32,000 bases of DNA from Trichlorobacter lovleyi SZ (GTDB lineage: Bacteria; Desulfobacterota; Desulfuromonadia; Geobacterales; Pseudopelobacteraceae), in assembly GCF_000020385.1 (NCBI RefSeq), contig NC_010814.1, positions 3,060,001 through 3,092,000 on the forward strand, written 5' to 3'. Shown here in pieces: positions 15,996-25,192 of this stretch (position 1 is the first letter of the stretch; every line of letters begins with the position of its first letter). A program made the translations under genes and the position numbers. Below the pieces are notes generated by a model, which made no database searches, was not told where the DNA came from, and saw only the letters and a program-made list of their open reading frames with translations.

Positions 15996-17144
15996 GTGGA
16001 AAAGTTAAATCGATTAGTGACGATTGTAGCCATTGTGGTAGCGCTGATGTCATACGTATTTTACTTTTTTGACCCTGCATCAAAAATTGATGAGAGTTTT
16101 ATCAAGAAATTTGAGGAGATTTCATCATATAGAAAAATCAACACTGATCCGATAGTCTATGAAGTCGTCCTTGGAAATGGTGAGCCAGGGTACGTGGTGT
16201 TCAGCTCCGAATATGGATATCAATCAGAAATCATTCTGGCAATATTGATTAACAAAACCGGTCAAATTGTTAATGTAAAAACATATTCTGAACGTGAAAC
16301 TAGGGGCTTTTATCAACGGTTATACAATAATGGTTTTTTTGAAAAAAATTTCCATGGGTTAGCTATAAATAATGGTTTTTCAATTCACACCAATGTTGAC
16401 GCAGTTTCCGGAGCGACCATTTCGTCTGGTGCCGTGAGTAAAGCCATTCATGAAGGGAGTGCATTCGTAGGGAAGAAATATCTAGATATAGATGTCGTCA
16501 ACCCATATGGAAGCATTCGATTCGGAATACTTGAAATCGCGATAATTACTATGTTTATTTTTGTATTAATTGCCTACCTTACAAAAAATAAACATCTCAG
16601 AACTTTAACATTAGTTTACTCATTCACACTAATGGGAATTAAGTTCATGGCGTTTATTTCATATTCGACGTTTATTTCTTTTATCACGTTTAATTTCCCA
16701 AGTGTTTTTGAAAATTTAAGATGGTATTTATTGTTCTTTGGATCTGTGGCATTGGTAATGTCTACGGGGAAAAACCTGTATTGTGCATATATTTGTCCAT
16801 TTGGTGCCATGCAGCAAATGGTATTTCAATTTGCAAAACTTCCTTCCTTTAAAGTAAGTGAAAACATACAAAAATACATTAAAGTATTGCCTGTTTTTAT
16901 AGCCTGGTTTGCATTCGTAGTTACAATGCTTTCTAAAGATATATCTGCAGTTAATTATGAACCATTCGCGTTAATTTTTGGAAGGACTGGACTTGGTATT
17001 CAATGGATTTTGCTTCCTATAACAGTATTTATGTCATTTGTAATTATGAGGTACTACTGTAGATATGGATGTCCTGTCGGTTTAATATGGAATATTCTTT
17101 TGAAGGTAAGATGGAAAGTAAAGAGTCTTGTATGGACAAAATAA
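15996..17144 (+). CDS. rdhC: RdhC/PceC-type membrane flavoprotein (NosR/NirI-like)
   Basis: N-terminal TM helix, FMN-binding signature VDAVSGATISSGAVSKAI, then several TM helices with Cys motifs CAYICPFGAMQQ and CRYGCPVGL. Confidence 0.8.
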   Translation: MEKLNRLVTIVAIVVALMSYVFYFFDPASKIDESFIKKFEEISSYRKINTDPIVYEVVLGNGEPGYVVFSSEYGYQSEIILAILINKTGQIVNVKTYSERETRGFYQRLYNNGFFEKNFHGLAINNGFSIHTNVDAVSGATISSGAVSKAIHEGSAFVGKKYLDIDVVNPYGSIRFGILEIAIITMFIFVLIAYLTKNKHLRTLTLVYSFTLMGIKFMAFISYSTFISFITFNFPSVFENLRWYLLFFGSVALVMSTGKNLYCAYICPFGAMQQMVFQFAKLPSFKVSENIQKYIKVLPVFIAWFAFVVTMLSKDISAVNYEPFALIFGRTGLGIQWILLPITVFMSFVIMRYYCRYGCPVGLIWNILLKVRWKVKSLVWTK

Positions 17145-17377
17145 AAATCAAAAATATCATATTTATATTAATAACGTTAATCATGTCGGTAGTATCAATA
17201 CTAGTCATATTTTTAAATATAGATGCTATCAGTTTTTAAATAATAGCAACGAATCGTCTGAAAAACAGTGAACTATTTTTAGGGAATGAATTCGTGCAAC
17301 TTTCTCAATTAAATTTTCTGTCACGAAATTGCTAATTGGAAAGTTAAAATCCTTAATCATTTATATGGAGGTAAGAA

Positions 17378-18922
17378 ATGGATCGTAGAGATTTTTTTAA
17401 AAAGGCAGCTCTCACATCAGTTGTAGCAGGTGCAGCAGTTATATCGTCACCTCTAAAATCATCGGCACGATTGGTGTTAAGTAAGGAGCAAGATGAATTT
17501 CCGTATGAAATCTCGTCTGATTTCAAAGGGATGCCTCAGACTAATTGTATTTTCTGTCGTGTTTTTAGCGATAAGGATGCAGTTGTAGATGAGTATGTGC
17601 AGAAAACGTATGGGCTCACAAAAATTGATCAGATGGGGGCAATGTTGGCGTCATCAAAAGATGGATTTGTTCACCCTGAACAGCATGGAGAGCCTGGTTT
17701 TACAGCTGTTGATAAAGCATTAGAGTTAGCAGGATGGGCAACAAATGATGAATTTTCCCCATATGCAGAATTCGGCAGGAGGAATTCTTTAATTGGAACA
17801 CACATCGTAAATCCAGTGACTGGAAAGATTGCTAAGGATAAGCCTGTGTTTGTCCCAGGCCTTCATACATGGGATAATTCACGCGCTGAATATGAAATAA
17901 AACACGGTGATGGTCGTTATCAATTTAAAGATAAGCAAGAAGCTACTGACCGTATTAAGAGGGCTTGCCGTTATTTGGGTGCAGATTTGGTTGGTGTCAC
18001 GTCTTTTGAGCGGGCTCAAAAGTGGGTGTACACAAATTGGCTAGATCTGCATCCAATAAAAAATACATTTCCAGATGGTACCGTAAAAATGATGACGTAC
18101 GATGCTATGGAGGCGCAAAAGGGCAATTTTATATCTGCAGGATATGGTGTCTCTCCGCCTGATTTTAGAGCTGAGTCAGGGTTTGAGCCTAAATCTGTTA
18201 TCACGTTGGCATGGGCGATGGACTATGATGCAATGAAAACAGCTCCATCGTTAGTTGCTGGTGCTGCTGCAGGTGAGGGTTACTCTAGATTGGCTGAGAT
18301 AAGTTATAAGGTGTCAACATTCTTGAGACGCTTGGGTATAAAATGTGCGCCATGTGGAAACGACACTGCAGCTTCTATTCCCATTGCAATTGAATCTGGA
18401 ATGGGTGAAGGCAGTCGTATGGGGATGTTGATTACCGAAAAATATGGGCCCAGAGTACGTCTTGCAAAAATATTTACTGATATAGAGTTAGTCCCCGATA
18501 AGCCTAGAACGTTCGGTGTTAAAGATTTTTGTAAAAATTGTATGAAATGTGCTGATGCTTGTCCTGCAAAGGCTATTAGTAAGGATCCTGCCCAAGTGTA
18601 TAAAGTTGGCCAAGAAACTAGTGTTGGGAAGATTAATAAGTCACATCTTGCGGGAGTTGAACACTACTATGTAAATGCTGAACGGTGTTTTGGTTATTGG
18701 GTTGCTACTGGTACTACATGTGGCACATGTGTGGCTGTGTGTCCGTATAATAAGATTGATGAATGGCATCATGATCTAACTAAAATAGCGACTTTAACAC
18801 CATTTAAACCGCTGTTGCGTCATCTTGATGAATTGTTTGGATATGGTGGGCCACTTGATAAGACGAGACCAAAGTCAAAATGGTTTAAGGATGCGGTTGC
18901 GGACTTCTGGAACAAGGCATAG
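17378..18922 (+). CDS. rdhA: reductive dehalogenase catalytic subunit, copy 1
   Basis: Twin-arginine signal MDRRDFFKKAALTSVVAGAAVISSPLKSSA. Two Fe-S motifs, CKNCMKCADACP and CGTCVAVCP. GGAGG lies 6 nt upstream of the ATG. Followed 13 nt later by a small membrane anchor gene. Confidence 0.93.
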   Translation: MDRRDFFKKAALTSVVAGAAVISSPLKSSARLVLSKEQDEFPYEISSDFKGMPQTNCIFCRVFSDKDAVVDEYVQKTYGLTKIDQMGAMLASSKDGFVHPEQHGEPGFTAVDKALELAGWATNDEFSPYAEFGRRNSLIGTHIVNPVTGKIAKDKPVFVPGLHTWDNSRAEYEIKHGDGRYQFKDKQEATDRIKRACRYLGADLVGVTSFERAQKWVYTNWLDLHPIKNTFPDGTVKMMTYDAMEAQKGNFISAGYGVSPPDFRAESGFEPKSVITLAWAMDYDAMKTAPSLVAGAAAGEGYSRLAEISYKVSTFLRRLGIKCAPCGNDTAASIPIAIESGMGEGSRMGMLITEKYGPRVRLAKIFTDIELVPDKPRTFGVKDFCKNCMKCADACPAKAISKDPAQVYKVGQETSVGKINKSHLAGVEHYYVNAERCFGYWVATGTTCGTCVAVCPYNKIDEWHHDLTKIATLTPFKPLLRHLDELFGYGGPLDKTRPKSKWFKDAVADFWNKA

Positions 18923-18935
18923 GAGGAAATAAATT

Positions 18936-19265
18936 ATGCAATTATTTATATCATTGTTTAAGTGGGTGTTCACGTCAAATGAGTTCGTATGGTTTGTTAT
19001 GGGTGGATTATTTTTCACAACTAACGCTTATCTCTATTTAAAGTTAAGGGAGCGTAATTTATTTTCTAGGGTAAGTTTTACCTTTGTCGCACTGTCTGTA
19101 GCGTTTTTCACGTTTGCTTTGTTGTGGACTGTGTCGTCATATCAAGAAAATGAAATTATAGCGGCTAACTTAGGGTTGGTTATCTTCGGTGGCATAGCTG
19201 CGGTAATGGGTATAATTGCGTATCGTATGATTATTAAAATTACCAAAGTTGCTCAGATCGACTGA
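18936..19265 (+). CDS. rdhB: reductive dehalogenase membrane anchor, copy 1
   Basis: 109-aa protein with three hydrophobic helices immediately downstream of rdhA. SD AGGAGG upstream. Confidence 0.85.
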   Translation: MQLFISLFKWVFTSNEFVWFVMGGLFFTTNAYLYLKLRERNLFSRVSFTFVALSVAFFTFALLWTVSSYQENEIIAANLGLVIFGGIAAVMGIIAYRMIIKITKVAQID

Positions 19266-19338
19266 AAAGTCATCTTTTTATCTTGTGTTAAGCCATAGCT
19301 ATTTCTAAATACGATTATTTTATTTGCATTGTTCTATT

Positions 19339-19367
19339 GCTCTCGCTGGGGATACTCCAGCGAGAGC
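19339..19367 (+). terminator. hairpin downstream of rdhB copy 1 (possible terminator)
   Basis: GCTCTCGCTGG / CCAGCGAGAGC 11-bp perfect stem with a 7-nt loop, about 73 nt after the rdhB stop. No U-tract follows, so it is not a canonical intrinsic terminator. Confidence 0.3.
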
Positions 19368-19510
19368 ACCATGTATCTACTATGTTATATCTTGATTAAT
19401 GGACTGCAAGTTAACCTTAGGATTTGAGAAATCGAAATTGATACATAGGAGGGAAGTTTAAACCTATGAGTAATGGCTTTCGATGCAGGATGCTGTTTTG
19501 AATCTGCTCC

Positions 19511-19624
19511 ATGTCATTTGTAATTATGAGGTACTACTGTAGATATGGATGTCCTGTCGGTTTAATATGGAATATTCTTTTGAAGGTAAGATGGAAAGTA
19601 AAGAGTCTTGTATGGACAAAATAA
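19511..19624 (+). pseudogene. rdhC: duplicated 3' fragment of rdhC (last 37 codons)
   Basis: Identical to 17031-17144 (SFVIMRYYCRYGCPVGLIWNILLKVRWKVKSLVWTK-stop). No upstream coding part, because the duplication starts here. Confidence 0.9.
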
Positions 19625-19857
19625 AAATCAAAAATATCATATTTATATTAATAACGTTAATCATGTCGGTAGTATCAATACTAGTCATATTTTTAAATAT
19701 AGATGCTATCAGTTTTTAAATAATAGCAACGAATCGTCTGAAAAACAGTGAACTATTTTTAGGGAATGAATTCGTGCAACTTTCTCAATTAAATTTTCTG
19801 TCACGAAAATGCTAATTGGAAAGTTAAAATCCTTAATCATTTATATGGAGGTAAGAA

Positions 19858-21402
19858 ATGGATCGTAGAGATTTTTTTAGAATGGCAGCTCTCACATCAG
19901 TTGTAGCAGGTGCAGCAGTTATATCGTCACCTCAAAAATCATCGGCACGATTGGTGTTAAGTAAGGAGCAAGATGAATTTCCGTATGAAATCTCGTCTGA
20001 TTTCAAAGGGATGCCTCAGACTAATTGTATTTTCTGTCGTGTTTTTAGCGATAAGGATGCAGTTGTAGATGAGTATGTGCAGAAAACGTATGGGCTCACA
20101 AAAATTGATCAGATGGGGGCAATGTTGGCGTCATCAAAAGATGGATTTGTTCACCCTGAACAGCATGGAGAGCCTGGTTTTACAGCTGTTGATAAAGCAT
20201 TAGAGTTAGCAGGATGGGCAACAAATGATGAATTTTCCCCATATGCAGAATTCGGCAGGAGGAATTCTTTAATTGGAACACACATCGTAAATCCAGTGAC
20301 TGGAAAGATTGCTAAGGATAAGCCTGTGTTTGTCCCAGGCCTTCATACATGGGATAATTCACGCGCTGAATATGAAATAAAACACGGTGATGGTCGTTAT
20401 CAATTTAAAGATAAGCAAGAAGCTACTGACCGTATTAAGAGGGCTTGCCGTTATTTGGGTGCAGATTTGGTTGGTGTCACGTCTTTTGAGCGGGCTCAAA
20501 AGTGGGTGTACACAAATTGGCTAGATCTGCATCCAATAAAAAATACATTTCCAGATGGTACCGTAAAAATGATGACGTACGATGCTATGGAGGCGCAAAA
20601 GGGCAATTTTATATCTGCAGGATATGGTGTCTCTCCGCCTGATTTTAGAGCTGAGTCAGGGTTTGAGCCTAAATCTGTTATCACGTTGGCATGGGCGATG
20701 GACTATGATGCAATGAAAACAGCTCCATCGTTAGTTGCTGGTGCTGCTGCAGGTGAGGGTTACTCTAGATTGGCTGAGATAAGTTATAAGGTGTCAACAT
20801 TCTTGAGACGCTTGGGTATAAAATGTGCGCCATGTGGAAACGACACTGCAGCTTCTATTCCCATTGCAATTGAATCTGGAATGGGTGAAGGCAGTCGTAT
20901 GGGGATGTTGATTACCGAAAAATATGGGCCCAGAGTACGTCTTGCAAAAATATTTACTGATATAGAGTTAGTCCCCGATAAGCCTAGAACGTTCGGTGTT
21001 AAAGATTTTTGTAAAAATTGTATGAAATGTGCTGATGCTTGTCCTGCAAAGGCTATTAGTAAGGATCCTGCCCAAGTGTATAAAGTTGGCCAAGAAACTA
21101 GTGTTGGGAAGATTAATAAGTCACATCTTGCGGGAGTTGAACACTACTATGTAAATGCTGAACGGTGTTTTGGTTATTGGGTTGCTACTGGTACTACATG
21201 TGGCACATGTGTGGCTGTGTGTCCGTATAATAAGATTGATGAATGGCATCATGATCTAACTAAAATAGCGACTTTAACACCATTTAAACCGCTGTTGCGT
21301 CATCTTGATGAATTGTTTGGATATGGTGGGCCACTTGATAAGACGAGATCAAAGTCAAAATGGTTTAAGGATGCGGTTGCGGACTTCTGGAACAAGGCAT
21401 AG
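19858..21402 (+). CDS. rdhA: reductive dehalogenase catalytic subunit, copy 2
   Basis: 514 aa. Differs from copy 1 at K8R, K9M and L26Q (all in the Tat signal peptide) and at P498S. Same Fe-S motifs. Confidence 0.93.
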   Translation: MDRRDFFRMAALTSVVAGAAVISSPQKSSARLVLSKEQDEFPYEISSDFKGMPQTNCIFCRVFSDKDAVVDEYVQKTYGLTKIDQMGAMLASSKDGFVHPEQHGEPGFTAVDKALELAGWATNDEFSPYAEFGRRNSLIGTHIVNPVTGKIAKDKPVFVPGLHTWDNSRAEYEIKHGDGRYQFKDKQEATDRIKRACRYLGADLVGVTSFERAQKWVYTNWLDLHPIKNTFPDGTVKMMTYDAMEAQKGNFISAGYGVSPPDFRAESGFEPKSVITLAWAMDYDAMKTAPSLVAGAAAGEGYSRLAEISYKVSTFLRRLGIKCAPCGNDTAASIPIAIESGMGEGSRMGMLITEKYGPRVRLAKIFTDIELVPDKPRTFGVKDFCKNCMKCADACPAKAISKDPAQVYKVGQETSVGKINKSHLAGVEHYYVNAERCFGYWVATGTTCGTCVAVCPYNKIDEWHHDLTKIATLTPFKPLLRHLDELFGYGGPLDKTRSKSKWFKDAVADFWNKA

Positions 21403-21415
21403 GAGGAAATAAATT

Positions 21416-21745
21416 ATGCAATTATTTATATCATTGTTTAAGTGGGTGTTCACGTCAAATGAGTTCGTATGGTTTGTTATGGGTGGATTATTTTTCACAA
21501 CTAACGCTTATCTCTATTTAAAGTTAAGGGAGCGTAATTTATTTTCTAGGGTAAGTTTTACCTTTGTCGCACTGTCTGTAGCGTTTTTCACGTTTGCTTT
21601 GTTGTGGACTGTGTCGTCATATCAAGAAAATGAAATTATAGCGGCTAACTTAGGGTTGGTTATCTTCGGTGGCATAGCTGCGGTAATGGGTATAATTGCG
21701 TATCGTATGATTATTAAAATTACCAAAGTTGCTCAGATCGACTGA
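21416..21745 (+). CDS. rdhB: reductive dehalogenase membrane anchor, copy 2
   Basis: Identical to 18936-19265. Confidence 0.85.
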   Translation: MQLFISLFKWVFTSNEFVWFVMGGLFFTTNAYLYLKLRERNLFSRVSFTFVALSVAFFTFALLWTVSSYQENEIIAANLGLVIFGGIAAVMGIIAYRMIIKITKVAQID

Positions 21746-21818
21746 AAAGTCATCTTTTTATCTTGTGTTAAGCCATAGCTATTTCTAAATACGATTATTT
21801 TATTTGCATTGTTCTATT

Positions 21819-21847
21819 GCTCTCGCTGGGGATACTCCAGCGAGAGC
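21819..21847 (+). terminator. hairpin downstream of rdhB copy 2 (possible terminator)
   Basis: Duplicate of the 19339-19367 hairpin. Confidence 0.3.
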
Positions 21848-22095
21848 ACCATGTATCTACTATGTTATATCTTGATTAATGGACTGCAAGTTAACCTTAG
21901 GATTTGAGAAATCGAAATTGATACATAGGAGGGAAGTTTAAACCTATGAGTAATGGCTTTCGATGCAGGATGCTGTTTTGAATCTGCGGGTGTAGTCGCG
22001 TTCAATACGATATTAATAACGGGGCCCCTCTTTTTTTCTCCCCGTTTAGGCCAAAAGTGATTAATTTTTTTCCGAGAAATTGTTGACTCCGCACC

Positions 22096-22142
22096 AAAGG
22101 GGAGCTATTGTTACCTTGTTGAAAGGGAGCTATGACTACCTT
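22096..22142. repeat. two 22-nt direct repeats upstream of the aldehyde dehydrogenase gene
   Basis: AAAGGGGAGCTATTGTTACCTT (22096-22117) and GAAAGGGAGCTATGACTACCTT (22121-22142): 17 of 22 positions identical, 25-bp period. They overlap a possible promoter: TTGACT at 22083-22088, 17-nt spacer, TATTGT at 22106-22111. Confidence 0.6.
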
Positions 22143-22187
22143 ATGTGCTTTGTATGAAGTATTTTCATCAAATAAAGGAGTTTGGAT

Positions 22188-23603
22188 ATGGGCGCGAATG
22201 CAAAAGAAGTGATTTCTTTAATGGATGTTCCGGAAGGGAATATGCTTGAGCAGGCACAGGTTGCGGCTAGGGAATTTGCCAAATTTTCTCCGCAGGCAGT
22301 TGATAAAATTGTTGAAGCCGTTGCTGCGGTTGCTGCCGAAAGATCAGCTTTTTATGCAGAATGGATCGTTCGTGAAACTGGTTATGGTGTCGTTGAGCAT
22401 AAGACTATCAAAAATGAAGGGTCGAGTGCTGGTCTTGTCAACTTCTATAAAGGGCAGAACTTCTGCGGCTACGAAATTGATACAGAGAAGAAAGTTGTTA
22501 AGATAGCGCGTCCCGCTGGTGTTGTGCTCGCCTTGGTTCCAAGTACCAATCCAGTGGCAACGACTTATTACAAGATCCTGCTCAGTTTGATGAGCCGTAA
22601 TGCCGTGATTCTTTGCCCACATCCTGCAGCCAAGGGTTGTATCGTCGGTTCTGCTGATGAGCTAACCGCCGTTGCAGAAAAAGCAGGCCTTCCTAAAGGG
22701 GTCATCCAGGTTGTTCGTGAGCCATCCATTGCCTTGCTAGAAACAATGATGAAGAGTGATCAAGTTAATTTGATCCTCGCAACTGGTGGTCCAGGTGTTG
22801 TGCGCGCCGCGTATAGTTCAGGAAACCCTGCGATTGGTGTTGGCCCCGGTAATGTTGGTCATTATGTCGATGGTACTGGAAGTCTCGATAAGGCCGCTCT
22901 GGATATTGCGATCAGTAGTGGGTTTGATAATAACCTGGGTTGCACATCCGATTCAGTAGCGTTGGTAGAACGTGACGTCGCAGATGCCATGCTGGAAGCT
23001 TTATCTCGCAATGGCGTACTTAAGCTGGAAGATAAAGACGATATCGAAAAGGTTCGTAATGTTCTCTATCCCGATGGAGGCTTTAATCCTGCAGCGATCG
23101 GTAAGTCAGCCGCTTGGATCGCCAATGAAGCTGGAATCAGTATTAACGAGGATATCAAGATCCTTTGTGTCGAAGTCGACAAGATTGACGACAAAGACAT
23201 CTATACCAGAGAGAAACTCTTTCCGGTCCTCGGGTTCTTACGTATCGATGGGCTTGATGCAGCTTATAGGGCTGCAGAGGCAATGATTGCTATGGGTGGT
23301 GCCGGCCATACAGCTGCAATTCATTCAAAAGATTCTGACAAGATCGTTGCTTGGTCGCAGTTACCTGTTTACCGGATCGCGACAAACGGTCCAGCCCCAT
23401 TGGTTGCCTCTGGTTTTGCCTCTGGTTTGGCACCGACCATGACAGTTGGTACAGGCTTTTTTGGTCGTAGCTCAGTGTGCGAAAATGTTGGTCCTCAGCA
23501 TCTGATCCATTGGACACAGATCGCTTACAGTGATGACCCCTCAGAGGTGTTGGGTGATATCGAAGATGCAATGACACGATGGGATAAGAGTCGCTCTGCC
23601 TAA
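22188..23603 (+). CDS. CoA-acylating aldehyde dehydrogenase (EutE/PduP/AdhE-N-terminal type)
   Basis: ALDH-superfamily layout with [28 protein letters not shown] and the catalytic-Cys region [13 protein letters not shown] (compare FDNGxxCxSE of acylating ALDHs). ATG at 22188, 7 nt after AAAGGAG. Confidence 0.8.
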   Translation: MGANAKEVISLMDVPEGNMLEQAQVAAREFAKFSPQAVDKIVEAVAAVAAERSAFYAEWIVRETGYGVVEHKTIKNEGSSAGLVNFYKGQNFCGYEIDTEKKVVKIARPAGVVLALVPSTNPVATTYYKILLSLMSRNAVILCPHPAAKGCIVGSADELTAVAEKAGLPKGVIQVVREPSIALLETMMKSDQVNLILATGGPGVVRAAYSSGNPAIGVGPGNVGHYVDGTGSLDKAALDIAISSGFDNNLGCTSDSVALVERDVADAMLEALSRNGVLKLEDKDDIEKVRNVLYPDGGFNPAAIGKSAAWIANEAGISINEDIKILCVEVDKIDDKDIYTREKLFPVLGFLRIDGLDAAYRAAEAMIAMGGAGHTAAIHSKDSDKIVAWSQLPVYRIATNGPAPLVASGFASGLAPTMTVGTGFFGRSSVCENVGPQHLIHWTQIAYSDDPSEVLGDIEDAMTRWDKSRSA

Positions 23604-23828
23604 GTAGGGAGCTGGTAGGTGCACTAGTTTTAGCATGTATTGCCGAATTTATGACCCATGCAGCAGATAATTGTAGTCGATGTATCGAAAGAGCTAGCAA
23701 CTTGAAAGTGGTTATTTGCTGGCCTTAGGATGATGTGGATAACTAAGATTCTTTAAGGTACTTGTCGGCCAATTTGAAGGATATTGAACCAGGTAGTAAC
23801 CATCATAGGGAGATAAGATGAAAAATAT

Positions 23829-25190
23829 GGCTCTATCTCAAAGAAGGGGGACGAAATAATTTTTCCATGAAAAAAGGCATACCAAAGAATTATGGTATGC
23901 CCCATAAATTGATCAAATTTCCAACCAAAGAAAGGAGATCAATTCATGGAAAGATTATTGACTGGCCTCGTCGATTTTTCAATCAAAAAGGTCATCAGTT
24001 TAAGGCCAGCTCGACTAGAGGTTCTCTATAAGGGAGAAACATCATGCCCTGAATGTGGAGGCCCAGAAAAGAGAATCAAATCCAGCTTCTGGCGTGAGAT
24101 TAAAAGTATTCCGCAACAGGGATACTCGGTCACGCTCTTGATCTATTGCCATAAATATCATTGCAAATGTTGTGGTCGCTATTTCAATACCCGAATAAAC
24201 GGGGTGAAGAAATGGAGTCGATCGACAGAGCCACTGAAGAGCAATGTCTTTGAGACCTGCCGCAGAGGCTATTCGAATAAGGATGCTGCGTTCGAAAGTG
24301 GTCTCAGCGTTGCAACCATAGAGAGATACTACCATCAGATGGTTTTGCAGAAGATCAGCCATCAGAAGAACCGTCCCTGTCCCAGAATCATTGGCATAGA
24401 CGAGCACCGCTTCAGTCGAAAGGTTGGTTTCGTGACAACCTTTTGTAACCTAGAAAAGCACAGTGTCTTTGATATTGCACCAGGGCGTAGTGAAGCGGAG
24501 TTACTTCCATTTCTCGAATCATTACAAGGTCGTAAGCAGGTCGAAGTTGTCTGTATGGACATGCATGCACCTTACCGTAAGATGGTTAAGAAGTGGTTCC
24601 CTAACGCCAAGATCGTCACCGATCGGTTTCATGTCATCAAGCTTATCAATCATCACTTTGCCAAAACATGCAAGCTGATCGATGAAGAGACTCTGGCTTG
24701 GGGAAGGGGTGGTCTCATCCGGATCATGAGCACTAAACCCGAAAATCTCTCGGTTTTGAAAAAGCAGAAACTTGAGCATTATTTCGAACAGCAGCCCGTT
24801 ATAAAAAATCTCTGGATCTTCTGGCATGAGCTGGCTGAGCTCTGCCGAAACAAGGGCAAGAACCATCAGGCCTGCAGAAAACTCGTGCGAGAACTACTGG
24901 AAAAGGTTCAGCTACTGAAAACAAGTCCTTTTCGTCCGATGAAAACATTAGGCAAGAGCATCACCAGTTGGATAGACGCCATAGCTCGTATGTTTCGTTA
25001 CTATCGTAGTAATGGCATTGTTGAAGGATTCCATCGAAAGATGAAACTTATTCAGCGCAGGGCTTATGGATTCAGAAACTTTGAGAATTATCGGTTGCGT
25101 GTCAGGGTCTTGTGCGGGTAGAAATGAGAATGAATTTGATCAGTTTTCTTTGTGAGGATTATTGTTCATCCCCTTTCTTTGGTGTAGACC
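23829..25190 (+). mobile_element. ISL3-family insertion sequence
   Basis: Imperfect ~35-bp terminal inverted repeats: GGCTCTATCTCAAAGAAGGGGGACGAAATAAT at 23829-, and the reverse complement of 25154-25190, GGTCTACACCAAAGAAAGGGGATGAACAATAAT. A single transposase gene lies between them. Confidence 0.85.
23946..25121 (+). CDS. ISL3-family transposase
   Basis: N-terminal zinc-finger CPECGG...[13 protein letters not shown] core [11 protein letters not shown]...VCMDMHAPY. Typical C-terminus [36 protein letters not shown]. Confidence 0.92.
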   Translation: MERLLTGLVDFSIKKVISLRPARLEVLYKGETSCPECGGPEKRIKSSFWREIKSIPQQGYSVTLLIYCHKYHCKCCGRYFNTRINGVKKWSRSTEPLKSNVFETCRRGYSNKDAAFESGLSVATIERYYHQMVLQKISHQKNRPCPRIIGIDEHRFSRKVGFVTTFCNLEKHSVFDIAPGRSEAELLPFLESLQGRKQVEVVCMDMHAPYRKMVKKWFPNAKIVTDRFHVIKLINHHFAKTCKLIDEETLAWGRGGLIRIMSTKPENLSVLKKQKLEHYFEQQPVIKNLWIFWHELAELCRNKGKNHQACRKLVRELLEKVQLLKTSPFRPMKTLGKSITSWIDAIARMFRYYRSNGIVEGFHRKMKLIQRRAYGFRNFENYRLRVRVLCG

Positions 25191-25192
25191 CG

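Larger units (their letters stand above)
17031..21987. repeat. tandem duplication of a 2.48-kb unit (rdhC 3' end, rdhA, rdhB, 242-bp downstream sequence)
   Basis: 17031-19507 equals 19511-21987 at an offset of 2480. My block-by-block reading finds only 5 mismatches: 17329, 17400, 17403, 17454 and 18869. A 3-nt junction filler TCC sits at 19508-19510. Confidence 0.97.

Noticed and set aside
17167-17181. ATTAATAACGTTAAT as a possible CprK dehalobox
   Set aside because: The half-sites have the wrong polarity and spacing relative to the TTAAT-N4-ATTAA consensus, and no CprK-type gene is present.
17132-17239. 35-aa hydrophobic ORF (MDKIKIKNIIFILITLIMSVVSILVIFLNIDAISF) overlapping the rdhC stop, duplicated at 19612-19719
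   Set aside because: There is no convincing SD. Extremely AT-rich DNA generates Ile/Leu/Phe/Lys-rich ORFs by chance, so it was kept out of the feature list.
19466-19498. 10-codon ORF (MSNGFRCRMLF) after TAGGAGGG at the end of each duplication unit
   Set aside because: The SD spacing is long (12 nt) and the ORF is very short. It is probably the residue of a gene start destroyed at the island edge.
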